64,000 nucleotides of DNA from an uncultured delta proteobacterium (lineage in GTDB: Bacteria > Desulfobacterota > Binatia > Binatales > Binataceae): NCBI GenBank assembly GCA_963848285.1, contig CAWKCZ010000002.1, forward strand, positions 129,358 to 193,357, in the 5' to 3' direction. Within the stretch, counting starts at the first letter, position 1, and every line of letters begins with the position of its first letter. A program made the translations under genes and the position numbers. Under the pieces are notes generated by a model, which was not told where the DNA came from, did not search any database, and saw only the letters and a list, made by a program, of their open reading frames with translations. This document shows positions 1 to 10,424 of the stretch, piece by piece.

Positions 1-397
1 CGGGCTGTGTAGCTTCAATTATCAAGGGGGCCGGATTGGAATTGTTGAAGGAGGTGAGCGTGACAGTTTCGCGGTAGATGCCGGGACTTACAGATATTTT
101 GACTCCTGATTTGACGACCTTAGCGGCCAGAGAAATAGCCTTACCAATGGTGGCAAACGGCGCGCCGTAGGAACCCGGATTGGTGTCGCTTCCCTTTGCC
201 GTATCGACGTAGTAGTAGGTCCCGATCGGTGACTCATTTACCGATGCGCCTGTCGCCTGAGCATTAGTGCAAATCATAGGCATCAAGAGAAATGCCGCGA
301 AAGCTAGTCCACAAGTTCGAACAACATGCGATCGGATCGCGCGGATGGTGCAGTTCAGGCGCGTCCAGCGGCCGGCCGAAATCAGAGTTATGTCCAT
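1..397 (-). CDS. secreted right-handed beta-helix protein (DUF1565 / pectate-lyase-fold type), N-terminal ~132 codons; the rest lies beyond the left edge
   Basis: Absent from the ORF track because no stop is reached in-window. The reverse strand from ATG (397-395) reads MDITLISAGRW..GLAFAAFLLMPMICTNAQA/TGAS, a signal peptide. It continues IGTYYYVDTAKGSDTNPGSYGAPFATIGKAISLA, the usual N-terminal cap motif of beta-helix proteins. The frame is open down to base 1. Confidence 0.6.
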   Translation of the reverse strand, partial: MDITLISAGRWTRLNCTIRAIRSHVVRTCGLAFAAFLLMPMICTNAQATGASVNESPIGTYYYVDTAKGSDTNPGSYGAPFATIGKAISLAAKVVKSGVKISVSPGIYRETVTLTSFNNSNPAPLIIEATQP

Positions 398-817
398 AGT
401 CCCCCCAAACGGTCTCAGGCTTCAGAAAACAGAAAAGCAACCGCAGCCGGAACCAAAAAGTGCCAATAAGGCCTGACCGATGGCTTCGGCAAATAAGTCA
501 GGCGGAGAAGAGAAGAACTAGATGCAGAAGACCCACACTAAACGGGTTCAGACTCGTACGGCGAAAAATGCAAATGGCGCGCCATTGTTACCATCTCGTA
601 AAACAAGCATTAAATATATGGCGTGTTGCTTTAACGCAACGCAGCAATGCGCTGAAGCGACAGCATCGAGATAGCAACCATGGTTTGCGGCGATCCCGCC
701 GCGCCCATCGTTTGACTGGACGTTGTCATTGTGATGCCGCGGCAGACGGGACCGCCAAGGCGCCCCCAAGCGCCTTTCCAGCATGATTGTCAGTCGAGCT
801 ATAGTAGATTTGCAGAG

Positions 818-1690
818 TTAGCCAGGCGCCAGGGTTTTGAACGCGCGCTCGTCCGGCAGGCCGCTCTCGTCGCATCGCAGCGGCATCAGGCAAACGTGAT
901 TGGCACCCGCTTTGAGTTGTGCGTCGATACGATCCCGAATCTTGTCTTCACTTCCCCATGCGACCGCCGCATCGATGATTCGATCGCTACCCCCGTCGGC
1001 GAAGTCGGCATCGACGAAGCCTTGCGTGCGTAGAATGCGCTGATAGTTGGCCTGGTTGAGATAGAAGCTGAAATGTTCGCGCGCGCGCTCTCTCGCCTTG
1101 GAAGGATCGGATTCGAGAATTATGATCTGACTGGCGCAGACCCAGGCGTCAGGCCCCATGATCGCGCGCGCTTTTGCCGTGTGCTCGGGCATACACAGGT
1201 AGGTATGGGTGCCGCGAGCCTCGCGCGCAGCGAGCGCTAGTGACTTCGGATGCAAAGCCGCGATAACCAGCGGCGGCTCAGACGCGGGGGCGACGGCGCG
1301 ATATAGGGCGGTCTTCATCTGAGCGATGTACTCGGTCATGTAGGTCAAAGGCTTATCGTAATTGTGCTTGCGAAGGTCCTGCACCAGCGTGCGATGGCTA
1401 ACGCCGATTCCAAGGATGAACCGGTCAGGTGCAAACTCGGTTAGGGTGCGAGCGGCCGCCGCCATTGTCATGGGATCGCGCGCCCAAATGTTCGCGATGC
1501 CGCTCGCATAGATGAGACGGTCGGTGCGCGCGAGCACATAGCCGGCGTGCGCGAAGGGCTCGCGCCCCCACGCCTCGGGCGACCACACTACCCGATAGCC
1601 CATCCGCTCGAGGCGGCCGCAAAAGGCGATGCTCTCCGCGGCCGGCATTGCGTCCATGAAACAAAATGCACCAACTTTACCAATCTCCAT
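818..1690 (-). CDS. LLM-class (luciferase-like) probable F420-dependent oxidoreductase
   Basis: ORF 818..1738; the likely start is the internal ATG at 1690 (MEIGKVGAF). Motifs GYRVVWSPEAWGREPF and ILGIGVSH and the C-terminal AVAWGSEDKIRDRIDAQLKAGANHVCL are typical of this LLM subfamily. Frame intact. Confidence 0.8.
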   Translation of the reverse strand: MEIGKVGAFCFMDAMPAAESIAFCGRLERMGYRVVWSPEAWGREPFAHAGYVLARTDRLIYASGIANIWARDPMTMAAAARTLTEFAPDRFILGIGVSHRTLVQDLRKHNYDKPLTYMTEYIAQMKTALYRAVAPASEPPLVIAALHPKSLALAAREARGTHTYLCMPEHTAKARAIMGPDAWVCASQIIILESDPSKARERAREHFSFYLNQANYQRILRTQGFVDADFADGGSDRIIDAAVAWGSEDKIRDRIDAQLKAGANHVCLMPLRCDESGLPDERAFKTLAPG

Positions 1691-1786
1691 TAACAGATCT
1701 CCTATGCGGCAGGTTTTTCCCACATCGCGAACATCCAAACCTTAGCCAATTTCCTCGACGCTTTTGAATCGCGGATGGTAGTTTGG

Positions 1787-1815
1787 TTGACGTACGATGC
1801 AGCAAATCGGATTAT
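1787..1815 (+). promoter_or_regulatory. candidate sigma70-type promoter for the GlcG-like gene
   Basis: TTGACG (1787-1792), a 17-nt spacer, then GATTAT (1810-1815). It lies about 38 nt upstream of ATG 1853, which is preceded by AAGGA. Pattern match only. Confidence 0.3.
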
Positions 1816-1852
1816 TCGAGGCCCCTCAAATTTAGCCTAAAGGAACCATGCA

Positions 1853-2296
1853 ATGAGAGAATTGAAACTTACCGAGATCGAAACGCTGCTTAAAGAAGGC
1901 ATCGCCTATGCCCAAGGATTGGGGCGGCCTAGTTCGATCGTGGTGGTCGACATGGGTGGTCACATCCGCGGCGCGCTCCGGCCGGAGAAAGGACGCATCG
2001 CCAACGTCGACATCGCGATGAAGAAAGCATGGACTGCGGTCGCGTTTCAGCGCCCGACCGCCATGTTGCGCGACATCACATTGCCGGGCACCTTCGGCTA
2101 TGGCCTGCAGCATACCGACAATCGCATCTGCATTGTCGGTGGGGGATTTCCGATCTTCGACGATCAGAACGACGTGATCGGAGGTATCGGCGCGAGCGGT
2201 GGCTCAATCGAGGAAGACTGCGAGTCATGCCTCACTGGGATGCGCAAACTCGGTTTCAAGACCGACTTCGCCAACCCGCTCGCGGCCAAAAAATAA
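1853..2296 (+). CDS. GlcG/HbpS-like heme-binding protein (DUF336)
   Basis: 147-aa intact ORF. It contains IVVVDMGGHIRGALRPEKGRIANVDIAMKKAWTAVAF and GGGFPIFDDQNDVIGGIGASGGSIEED, the characteristic DUF336 core. Confidence 0.8.
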   Translation: MRELKLTEIETLLKEGIAYAQGLGRPSSIVVVDMGGHIRGALRPEKGRIANVDIAMKKAWTAVAFQRPTAMLRDITLPGTFGYGLQHTDNRICIVGGGFPIFDDQNDVIGGIGASGGSIEEDCESCLTGMRKLGFKTDFANPLAAKK

Positions 2297-2303
2297 CGCC
2301 GAA

Positions 2304-3323
2304 CTAACCGCGAAAGTGCGGCATCACTTCCTTGGCGAACAGCTCAGACGAACGAGTCGCTTTGAGCGGATCGAGGCCCGGGAACTGCGACGCCATGACG
2401 AAGTGGGTGCAGGCGAATTCGGCGCGGAACTTCTCCAGCTTGCGCGCCACTTCGTCGGGGGTCCCGATCATGAGGCCCTCGGCGAGTGGCGAGTTGCGCA
2501 TTTGCATATGCGATGAAATGTCCCACACCTGCTTGTCCCCTGCGGCGTCGTTAGCTTCCGCGAGCCACTGCCCGTAGTTCGCCATCATGTAGTGAAGATG
2601 CGGTGCGGCTTCTTCCCAGGCCTGATCGGCGCTGCGGGCGACATAGACGGCGCGCAATTGAGCGACGTTGAAATTCTTGAGGTCGCGGCCATTCTGTTTG
2701 AGTGCGGCGGCATAAGGAATCGCAGGATCGGGTCCAATGGTAGCCATTAGATGGAAACCCATTCGCGCGGCGCGCGCGGTCGCCTTTTCGGTACGACAGC
2801 CGATCCAGATCGGAATTCCGGGTTGCTGTATCGGCCGCGGATGCAGCGTCATGTCGGTCACCTGGGTGAACTTGCCGTTGAAAGTCACATTCGATTCGGT
2901 GAATAGCCGATGCACGAGTTCGATGCCTTCGGCGAGGCGCGCCGATCGCTCGGCGCGCGGCATGTTAAGTGCGGTGAATTCCTCGGCGCGATAACCCTGG
3001 CCAACGCCGAGGTCGAAGCGGCCTCCCGAAATGATGTCGATGCATACGCAGTCCTCAGCGACGCGCACCGGATTATGGAAAGGCATCAGCAGCACGAAAG
3101 TTCCGATCCTGATGCGGCTGGTGCGCGCCGCTATTGCAGCAGCAGTCGGCAACACCGCCGGATTGTAACCATCTTCGAAAAAATGATGTTCGGTCAGCCA
3201 AACATTGTCGTAGCCGAGTTCCTCGAGCCGTACGATTTCATCAATCTGGCTTCGATAAAACTCGGGATAGGGTTTGCGCCATTGCGCCGGGTTGCGAAAA
3301 TCGAACATCAGTCCAAACTTCAT
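2304..3323 (-). CDS. LLM-class flavin-dependent oxidoreductase (luciferase-like monooxygenase)
   Basis: 339-aa intact ORF starting MKFGLMFDFRNP. It contains LGYDNVWLTEHHF and SGGRFDLGVGQGYRAEEF, classic LLM motifs. Confidence 0.85.
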   Translation of the reverse strand: MKFGLMFDFRNPAQWRKPYPEFYRSQIDEIVRLEELGYDNVWLTEHHFFEDGYNPAVLPTAAAIAARTSRIRIGTFVLLMPFHNPVRVAEDCVCIDIISGGRFDLGVGQGYRAEEFTALNMPRAERSARLAEGIELVHRLFTESNVTFNGKFTQVTDMTLHPRPIQQPGIPIWIGCRTEKATARAARMGFHLMATIGPDPAIPYAAALKQNGRDLKNFNVAQLRAVYVARSADQAWEEAAPHLHYMMANYGQWLAEANDAAGDKQVWDISSHMQMRNSPLAEGLMIGTPDEVARKLEKFRAEFACTHFVMASQFPGLDPLKATRSSELFAKEVMPHFRG

Positions 3324-3405
3324 CGGGTCTCACCTCTCGCTATCTCGCGGGTTGAAACTAGCGTTTGCGATTTTCTCCCGTCAATGGAAACATCCGCACA
3401 GATTC

Positions 3406-3428
3406 CAAGATCGACGCTTTCGATCTTG
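3406..3428. promoter_or_regulatory. perfect 9-bp inverted repeat CAAGATCGA-N5-TCGATCTTG in a divergent promoter region (operator or 5' hairpin candidate)
   Basis: Read directly from the sequence. It ends 18 nt before ATG 3447 and just upstream of the GGAGAAGG ribosome-binding site. Confidence 0.3.
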
Positions 3429-3446
3429 CACAATGGAGAAGGTGCG

Positions 3447-3824
3447 ATGGCTAAATCAGTATTTCTCGTGATGAGTAATCCGACTCCCGGCAAAGAAGCT
3501 GAGTACAACGAATGGTACGACAAGGTTCATCTGGCCGATGTCCTCAACGTACCCGGATTCGTTGCGGCGCAGCGCTTTCGGCTCGGCGACACCCAGTTCG
3601 GCGAGGGCAATCGGCCGCATCGCTACCTCGCGATTTATGAAGTTGATACCAACGACATGGCCGGATGCTTGAAAGAACTGTCGGCGCGCGTCGGCACCGA
3701 CGACATGGTGATCAGCGACGGCATCGACATGCAAAACCTGGGAACGTTCATCTTCGGCGCGATCGGCGAGAAGATGCTCGCTTCAAACGTCCGCCGTCCG
3801 CAGCGCAGCGCCGCCGCGGGTTAG
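3447..3824 (+). CDS. small dimeric alpha/beta-barrel type protein (EthD / DUF4286-like)
   Basis: Internal ATG of ORF 2910..3824 with a GGAGAAGG RBS. It reads MAKSVFLVMSNPTPGKEAEYNEWYDKVHLADVLNVPGFVAAQRF..YLAIYEV, a pattern seen in EthD-like stress and monooxygenase-associated proteins. The upstream part of the long ORF is antisense to the LLM gene. Confidence 0.55.
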   Translation: MAKSVFLVMSNPTPGKEAEYNEWYDKVHLADVLNVPGFVAAQRFRLGDTQFGEGNRPHRYLAIYEVDTNDMAGCLKELSARVGTDDMVISDGIDMQNLGTFIFGAIGEKMLASNVRRPQRSAAAG

Positions 3825-4007
3825 TCCGGGAGCCGTACATAAGTCGCGGCGGCTGCGATCGCGCAGAGGATTTCGATTTCAGCCGCCGCTGGGGCGCTCC
3901 GTTTGACAGCACGCCCACTGGCCGCATAGTAAAATTGACTGCGGTCAGAAAACCTTTCGCTCGCCAATGACTCCGCTCCTGTGCGCGAGCTGTACGAGGA
4001 CAGATCG

Positions 4008-5505
4008 ATGGGAGCAAGAACCGGAAAGGAATTCCTCGCAGGACTCAAAACCCCTCGCGAGATCTGGGTTGGCGATGACAAGGTTAGCGACGTAGCGTCG
4101 CATCCATCGTTCGCAGGCGCGGCGCAAACTCTCGCGCAGGTCTTCGATCTTCAGCATGAGGCGCGCGAGGACTGCCTGATGCCCGATCCCGAGACCGGCG
4201 AGCCCATCAACATCAGCCACATGATTCCGCGCTCGCGCGAGGACCTCGAGAAGCGCCATCGATGCCTCCAGCGCATTTCCGAGTTCACCGTCGGGCTGAT
4301 GGGCCGCACGCCCGACTATATGAATGTCACCTACGCGGGATTCGCAGGGCGCGCCGATGAGTGGGCGGCCAACAACAACGATCGCGGCGCGGCGAACCTC
4401 GTCGCGTATCAGAAGTTCCTCGCGCGCAAGGACATCTCGCTGACGCACACCATCGTTCAGCCGACCATCGACAAGTCGCAGGGCGACGCGCCGATGCCCG
4501 GCAACGATGTCGCACTACATAAAGTAGCGGATACCGACCACGGCATCATCGTGCGCGGGGCGCGCATCCTCGCGACGCTGGCGCCGTTTGCCGATGAGAT
4601 CGCAGTATATCCCGCGATGCCGCTGCCGCGAGGGCGCCGATGCCTATGGGCTTTCATTCTGTATCCCGATGGGAACGCCGGGGCTGAAGTTCCTCTGCCG
4701 CGATAGCTGCGCGACCAAAACGAATCTGTTCGACCATCCGCTCTCGAGCCGCTTCGATGAGCAGGATGCGTTCGTGATTTTCGATGACGTCGAGGTGCCG
4801 CGCGATCGCGTTTTCATCGATGCGAATCGCGACGCCTACAACAGCGTGATGACGACCGGATGGTATCCGAACGTCATGCAGCAGACGATGATTCGCGCGC
4901 AGACCAAGCTCGAGTTCGCCTACGGCCTCGCGATGCGGATGGCGGAAATCATCAATGACGTCTCGCCCGCGACCAAACAGCATGCTCGGCGAGATTTCGG
5001 TCTATGCGGAGCTGACCCGCGCCGCGATTCGCGCCGCCGAGGATCAGGCATTCGAATGGGGCAACGGCGTATGGTTTCCGCATGGCGGCCCGCTCGCATC
5101 CCTGCGCGCGATCCTGCCGACCTGGTTCCCGCGCGTCGCCGAGATCATCACGCTCATCGGGTCGCACAATCTGCTCGCCGCGCCGACCCGTGCGCAGCTC
5201 GACGATCAGAGCCTGCGCCCGCTCATCGATCAATTTTTGCGCGGCGCGAAAGGCGTCGAGGCCGAGGAACGCGCGCGCGTGTTTCGCCTCGCATGGGATT
5301 TCGTCGGCACCGCACTCGCGAGCCGCAACGAAGTTGTACGAGCGCTTCTATCTCGCGTCGGGCGCGCGCAACTATCAGCTCGCGCACGCGCTATCGCTTG
5401 AAGGATCGCGCGAATCGCCTCGTCGATGGCATCCTCGGCAAGGAACATGGCGACGCGGAGGCAACCAAAGATGAAAAGCGTCGCAAACTCGGCCTCGCGC
5501 TGTAA
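4008..5505 (+). CDS. 4-hydroxyphenylacetate 3-monooxygenase oxygenase-component family (HpaB-like), frame-disrupted in this sequence
   Basis: The N-terminus reads MGARTGKEFLAGLKTPREIWVGDDKVSDVASHPSF in the 3981 frame. It continues in the 4588 frame (GLSFCIPMGTPGLKFLCRDS..FDEQDAFVIFDDVEVPRDRVF) and then the 4955 frame (LGEISVYAELTRAAIRAAE..VFRLAWDFVG). It then passes through the 5082 frame (LYERFYLASGARNYQLAH) and returns to the 4588 frame. At least 4 frame changes, near 4640, 4960, 5335 and 5400. Confidence 0.7.
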
Positions 5506-5635
5506 ATGCTCTATTGTCTGCACCTTTGTGTCTCTGTGCCTCTGTGGTTAATTCTTCGGCGATTTTGACGATCCACGATCGACTGCGCTAAGACACCAAC
5601 AGTTCATCCTTACGTTGCGCGACAGGGGAATCAAG

Positions 5636-6535
5636 ATGGGCAAACTCGACGGCAAAGTTGCTGCGGTAACCGGAAGCGGACGGGGAATCGGACGCGCGGT
5701 CGCGAAGGCGCTGGCGGCGCAGGGCGCGGCGGTCGTTGTCAATGACCTCGGCGTGACGGTGGACGGCAAAAAGGAACCGTTCGACGCCCGCCGACGAAGT
5801 GGTGAGCGAAATCAAAGCCGCCGGTGGGCGCGCGGTTGCCAACCCGTCGGATATCGCGACAGTTGCCGGTGGCGAGGCGCTCGTCGATCACGCGATCAAG
5901 GAGTTCGGCCAACTCGACATCCTCGTCAACGTCGCCGGCATCCTGCGCGATCGAATGATCTTCAACATGAGCGAGGAAGAATGGGACGAGGTCATCCGCG
6001 TTCATCTCAAGGGCCATTACTGCACGATGCGTCCGGCGTCGGCGCATATGCGCGAGCGCAAAACCGGCAGGATCATCAACTTTTCCTCCGGCGCCGCGCT
6101 GGGCGCTCCCGGCCAGCCCAACTATGCCGCCGCGAAAGCCGCCATCCTCGGCCTCACCTGGAGCACCGCGGTGGCGCTCGCGAAGTACGGCATCACCGTC
6201 AATGCGATCATGCCCGGCGCGTCGACCCGCATGACCGATTCGATTCCGCAGGGCCGGATGCCGGGAGGTGGCAACTTTCGGCAGAGCGACAATGCCGCCG
6301 GCACTCCGATGGATCCCGCCAACGTCGCGCCGATGGTGTCCTTCCTCGCCAGCGACGACGCGAAGTACATAACAGGGCAGGCCTTCGGCGCGATGGGATA
6401 TCGCATCACGCGCTACACGCATCTGGTGCCGGATCGGGTCGCTGGTCGGCGACGGACCCTGGACGGTCGAAAGGCTGGCGGAGGATTTCAAGTCGAACGC
6501 TCGGCAGCGGAATGAAACCGCCGCGGATGCTGTAG
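5636..6535 (+). CDS. SDR-family oxidoreductase with C-terminal extension, frame-disrupted
   Basis: MGKLDGKVAAVTGSGRGIGRAVAKAL (TGxxxGIG) in the 5615 frame. The read switches near 5780 to the 5799 frame (NVAGILRD, NFSSGAALGAPGQPNYAAAKAAILG = YxxxK). A further shift near 6440 gives GDGPWTVERLAEDFKS. The exact stop is uncertain (6515-6573). Confidence 0.7.
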   Translation: MGKLDGKVAAVTGSGRGIGRAVAKALAAQGAAVVVNDLGVTVDGKKEPFDARRRSGERNQSRRWARGCQPVGYRDSCRWRGARRSRDQGVRPTRHPRQRRRHPARSNDLQHERGRMGRGHPRSSQGPLLHDASGVGAYARAQNRQDHQLFLRRRAGRSRPAQLCRRESRHPRPHLEHRGGAREVRHHRQCDHARRVDPHDRFDSAGPDAGRWQLSAERQCRRHSDGSRQRRADGVLPRQRRREVHNRAGLRRDGISHHALHASGAGSGRWSATDPGRSKGWRRISSRTLGSGMKPPRML

Positions 6536-6588
6536 CTGCAGTATCGGCACCTGGACTAATTCGACCGAGATAAGCAACGGAGGGAATC

Positions 6589-7440
6589 ATGAGCGTCCTC
6601 GATGGACCAGAAAGAAATGGCGGCGCGTTTTGCACGAGGGCCAGCCGAAGTGGGTGCGGCCCGACGGGCGATCGCCTGGTGTTCGGCGACGGGCGCTCGA
6701 TTGCCGATGCCGAGGCGACTTACCTGCCGCCATGCGATCCGAGCAAGATTTTGTGCATCCATCTCAATTACGATTCGCGTCGGGTCGAGTTCAAAGCGCC
6801 GATGCTCGACACGCCGACTTATTTTCAGAAGCCGTGCACCGCGCTCAATTCGCATCGCGGCAGCCTCGCGCGTCCGGCCGGCACGAAGTACCTCAACTAT
6901 GAGGGCGAGGTCGGCGTCATCATCGGCAAGCCGATGCGCAACGTCGGCCGCGAGGAGGCGTGGGACTACATCGCGGGTTTCGCGCCCGCCAACGACGTCG
7001 GATGCCAGGATTATCGCGAGACCGACGCGGGCTCGATGCTGCGCGTGAAGGGGCAGGACGGCTTTTGCCCGATCGGCCCCGGCATCGTCAGCGGGGTCGA
7101 CATTCGCAAGGCGACGCTGCGCACCTACATCAACGGCAAGATGGTGCAGGAAGGCGCGATCGCGGAAATGATTTTTCCGATCGACTACATCATCGCCGAT
7201 CTGTCGAGGTATATAACTCTACTTCCTGGCGACATCATTCTGTCGGGCACGCCGAAGAATTCGCGCCCGATGAACATCGGCGATCTGGTCGAAGTGGAAG
7301 TGACCGGACTCGGCCGGCTGTCGAATCGCGTGGTCGAGGCGCCGGCCCCCGCGCATAAGGTGGGGCATCAGGGCAGCGACACCGATTCGGTGCGGCGCGT
7401 CGCGCTCGGTTCCGACTGGACCAAAACGGAGGCGCGATGA
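6589..7440 (+). CDS. fumarylacetoacetate hydrolase (FAH) family protein (HpaG/2-keto-4-pentenoate hydratase-like)
   Basis: 283-aa ORF with [41 protein letters not shown] and [10 protein letters not shown]. The first ~25 codons look out of frame; the alternative frame reads [18 protein letters not shown], which is more FAH-like. Confidence 0.75.
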   Translation: MSVLDGPERNGGAFCTRASRSGCGPTGDRLVFGDGRSIADAEATYLPPCDPSKILCIHLNYDSRRVEFKAPMLDTPTYFQKPCTALNSHRGSLARPAGTKYLNYEGEVGVIIGKPMRNVGREEAWDYIAGFAPANDVGCQDYRETDAGSMLRVKGQDGFCPIGPGIVSGVDIRKATLRTYINGKMVQEGAIAEMIFPIDYIIADLSRYITLLPGDIILSGTPKNSRPMNIGDLVEVEVTGLGRLSNRVVEAPAPAHKVGHQGSDTDSVRRVALGSDWTKTEAR

Positions 7441-8987
7441 ACGGCGCTGAGGCTCTCATCAAAACCGCGGTCGGCGCCGGCGTCGACGTATGCTTCGCCA
7501 ATCCCGGCACCACCGAAATGCCGCTGGTCGCCGCGCTCGATTCCATCGAGGGAATGCGCGCGGTGCTCGCGCTGTTCGAGGGCGTGTGCACCGGCGCCGC
7601 CGACGGTTACGCGCGGATGACGCGGCAAGCCCGCGATGACGCTGGTGCATCTGGGTCCCGGCCTCGCCAATGGCCTCGCGAATCTGCACAATGCGCGCCG
7701 CGCGAATACGCCCATCGTCAATGTGATCGGCGACCAGGCGACGTGGCATCGCGCGGCCGACGCGCCGCTGACCAGCGACATCGTTTCGCTTGCTAACCCG
7801 ATGTCGGGATGGGTGCGCGAGAACAAGTCGGCGGGCGCGCTCGCGGGCGACATGGCCGATGCGATCGCGGCCTCGCTCACGCCGCCGGGCAAAGTGGCGA
7901 CGCTCATCGTGCCGAGCGACTGCCAATGGGAGCCGGCGGGTGACGCCGCGAAGCCACGCATCGTACGCGCCTCGCGCGAAAGTCAGCGGCGGCACCATCG
8001 ACAACATCGCGAAGATTCTTGCGCGCGAAGCAGCCGACCACGATTCTGCTCGGTGGTCATGCGCTTGAGCGTCGCGGGTCTAAAGTCGGCGGCGCGCGTT
8101 GCGCACGCCTCGGGATGCAAGCTGATGACGGAAACCTTCACCGCGCGCATCGAGCGCGGCGATGGGAATCCCGAACCCGACGCGGCTGCCATACTTCCCC
8201 GAGCAGGCGCTCGAGGCGCTCAAGGGCACGCAGAACCTGATCCTCGCGGGCGCGAAATCGCCGGTCGCATTTTTCGGCTATCAAGGTTTGCCGAGCAGCC
8301 TCGTTCCCGAAGGATGCGCAGAGGAAACGCTCGCGCGCGTCGAGGACGACGTCGCGGGCGCGCTCGAAGCGCTCGCCGACGCGCTCGGCGCTCCGAAGGA
8401 CAGTTCCGATTCCGGCGGCGAAGAAGCCGCAGGCCTCCCACCGGCAAACTCGATCCCGCAAGCCTCGGCGCCGCGCTCGCCGCGCTGCAACCCGAGAACG
8501 CCATCATCATGGATGAGAGCGCGACCTCGGGAGGTCCATACGGCGGGATGGCCGGCGGTGCGCTTGCCGCATACGAGCGCTCGCGCTCACCGGAGGCGCG
8601 ATAGGGCAGGGACTTCCCGTGCGCGACCGGCGCCGCGGTCGCATGCCCCGATCGGCGCGTCATCGAGTTTCAAGCCGACGGCAGCGGGATGTACACGGTG
8701 CAGGCGCTATGGACGCAGGCGCGCGAGTAACTCAATGTCACGACGATTCTTTGCTCGCAATCGCGCGTATCGCATCCTCCAGATGGAAGCGGCGCGCGCG
8801 GGCAGCGTCGAGATGGGCCGCAAGACCGAAGCCTCACGATGCTGGAGCCTCCGGAGATCGGATGGGCGCAGCTCGCGAAAGGCTTCGGCGTCCCGGGCGT
8901 GCGGGTCGAGACGGCAGATGATTTGGTGAAGCAACTCGACCGCGCATTGAAGGAGCCGGGCCCGAATTTCATCGAGGCGATCTTGTA
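7437..8987 (+). CDS. thiamine-pyrophosphate-binding enzyme (acetolactate synthase / benzoylformate decarboxylase superfamily), heavily frame-disrupted
   Basis: [44 protein letters not shown], then [32 protein letters not shown]. Later pieces are [41 protein letters not shown] and [34 protein letters not shown] followed by a stop at 8985-8987. These pieces are spread over all three frames, with at least 8 frame changes. The start overlaps the FAH stop (ATGA). Confidence 0.7.
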
Positions 8988-9050
8988 AGCCTCTGGCGCG
9001 CGAGGTCTGCCTGCGTTACATCGATGGGATCGGACGCGAGGTGAATATCA

Positions 9051-9842
9051 TTGAGTACGATTTCCAAATTTTACGATTTCAGCGGCAAAGTGGTGTGCAT
9101 TACGGGAGGCAGCCGGGGCATCGGGCATGCGATGTCGCTGGCGTTCGCCGAATGCGGCGCGAAGGTCGCCGTCGCCAGCCGCAAGATCGAATCGTGCGAA
9201 GAGACCGTCAAGGAAATCCGCCAAGCTCGGCAGCGACGGCTCCGCGCATGCGGCCCACGTCGGCAAATGGGAAGACTGCGATCGCCTATGCGCCGAGGTG
9301 TATGCGAAGTGGGGCCGCTGCGACGTGCTCATCAACAACGCCGGGCTGTCGCCGCTCGCGCCTTCGCTGCTCGAAACCAGCGAAGATCTCTTCGATAAGG
9401 TGATTGCTGTCAATCTGAAGGGGCCGTTCCGATCTGACCGCGCTGTTCGGCACCCGAATGGCGGCGGGCGAGGGCGGCGCGGTCATCAACGTTTCATCCA
9501 CCGGATCGATTCGGCCGGGAGCGCATACCGCGCCTTACTCGGCGGCGAAGGCCGGCATCAACGCACTTACCGTCGCGCAGGCGCAGGAGTACGGCCCGAA
9601 GGTCCGCGTGAACTGCATCATTCCCGGGCCGTTTCGCACCGACATCAGCAAGGGATGGTTCAACGATGAGTTTCGCGCGCGTGCGAAGAAAGATTTCTCG
9701 CTCGAGCGAGGCGGCGAGCCCGAGGAGTGCGTGGGCGCGGCGCTTTACTTTGCGGGACCCGCGTCGAGCTTCACCACCGGCGCGACGCTGGTGATCGATG
9801 GGAATTCATCGAATCCGTGGACGCGCTCGAGCTCGAGCATAA
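9051..9842 (+). CDS. SDR-family oxidoreductase, frame-disrupted
   Basis: KVVCITGGSRGIGHAMSLAFAECGAKVAV (9051 frame), then VLINNAGLSPLAP (9127 frame). The 9458 frame follows with VINVSSTGS..YSAAKAGINALT..NCIIPGPFRTD..TGATLVIDG. Shifts lie near 9225 and 9430. The 3' end is uncertain: the in-frame ORF runs to 9952 into the convergent gene, and a TAA at 9840-9842 lies in another frame. Confidence 0.65.
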
Positions 9843-9867
9843 ACCCTTCCCTCGAGGCGATAGGTTC

Positions 9868-10378
9868 TTACCCGCGCACTTTTTCGCGATTGAAGATGGC
9901 GCGCTCCTCGGCGTTCATCTTATCGCGGATGCGCGAGCCTTTGCCGAGGTGACGATAGAGTCCGCCCTCCGAGAAGAACTCCTCGTATGGTTTTGCTGGT
10001 TCGGGCTCCGCGCGGCGGCGTGTCGCCGACCTTCACCTCGAGCCATTCTTCGACCTGGCTCGTGTCATACATCCTGACGGCATCGTAGTCGGTCAGTAAG
10101 GCGCAAACCTCGACGCAAATGTAGCATCCGATGCATTCCTGGAAGCGATCCTGCACCGGTTGCACACCGCGATTCGGTACCGACCCCGGTTGCAGATACT
10201 CGATGCATTGCACCGGGCAGAACTCGGGACATTTGCCGCACGGGAAGCACAGGTTGACGTCCATGAAGGCGACTTCGCGCGGCCGCTTCTTCTTGGCGCC
10301 GAGGTCTTCGGGAGTTTCGGGGATTCGGTCTTCTTTCAGACGCCGCTTGATGATGTCGATCGCAGGCATATCTACCAT
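9868..10378 (-). CDS. 2x[4Fe-4S] dicluster ferredoxin-domain protein with extended N- and C-termini, one frame break
   Basis: ORF 9920..10405 contains CFPCGKCPEFCP and CIGCYICVEVCA, two CxxCxxCxxxC motifs. After ..WLEVKVGDTPP the natural-looking continuation is in another frame: RRAEPEPAKPYEEFFSEGGLYRHLGKGSRIRDKMNAEERAIFNREKVRG, with its stop at 9868-9870. Confidence 0.6.
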
Positions 10379-10424
10379 TGAGACGAGTCGGTTGAAGAAG
10401 ATCAAGATGCTCCGGTTGGGTGGG

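Noticed and set aside
267-1033. Small plus-strand ORFs (267..476, 460..786, 731..1033) in and around the 398-817 gap
   Set aside because: They have no RBS, motif or plausible composition. 731..1033 is antisense to the LLM gene. The gap is more likely the promoter/leader region of the beta-helix gene and the 3' region of the LLM gene.
5739-6635. 298-aa minus-strand ORF (and similar ones at 20607..21626, 55947..56882 and 62773..63357)
   Set aside because: All lie antisense to genes with strong motif support (SDRs, mmsA, MFS transporter). Their composition is dominated by R, G, A and P. They are rejected as shadow ORFs.
9458-9952. Long C-terminal extension of the SDR (..VIDGNSSNPWTRSSSSINPSLEAIG.. 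to 9952)
   Set aside because: The extension is low-information. It would overlap the convergent ferredoxin gene by about 85 nt. SDRs normally end shortly after the ..VIDGG motif, so the cause is probably another indel masking the true stop.
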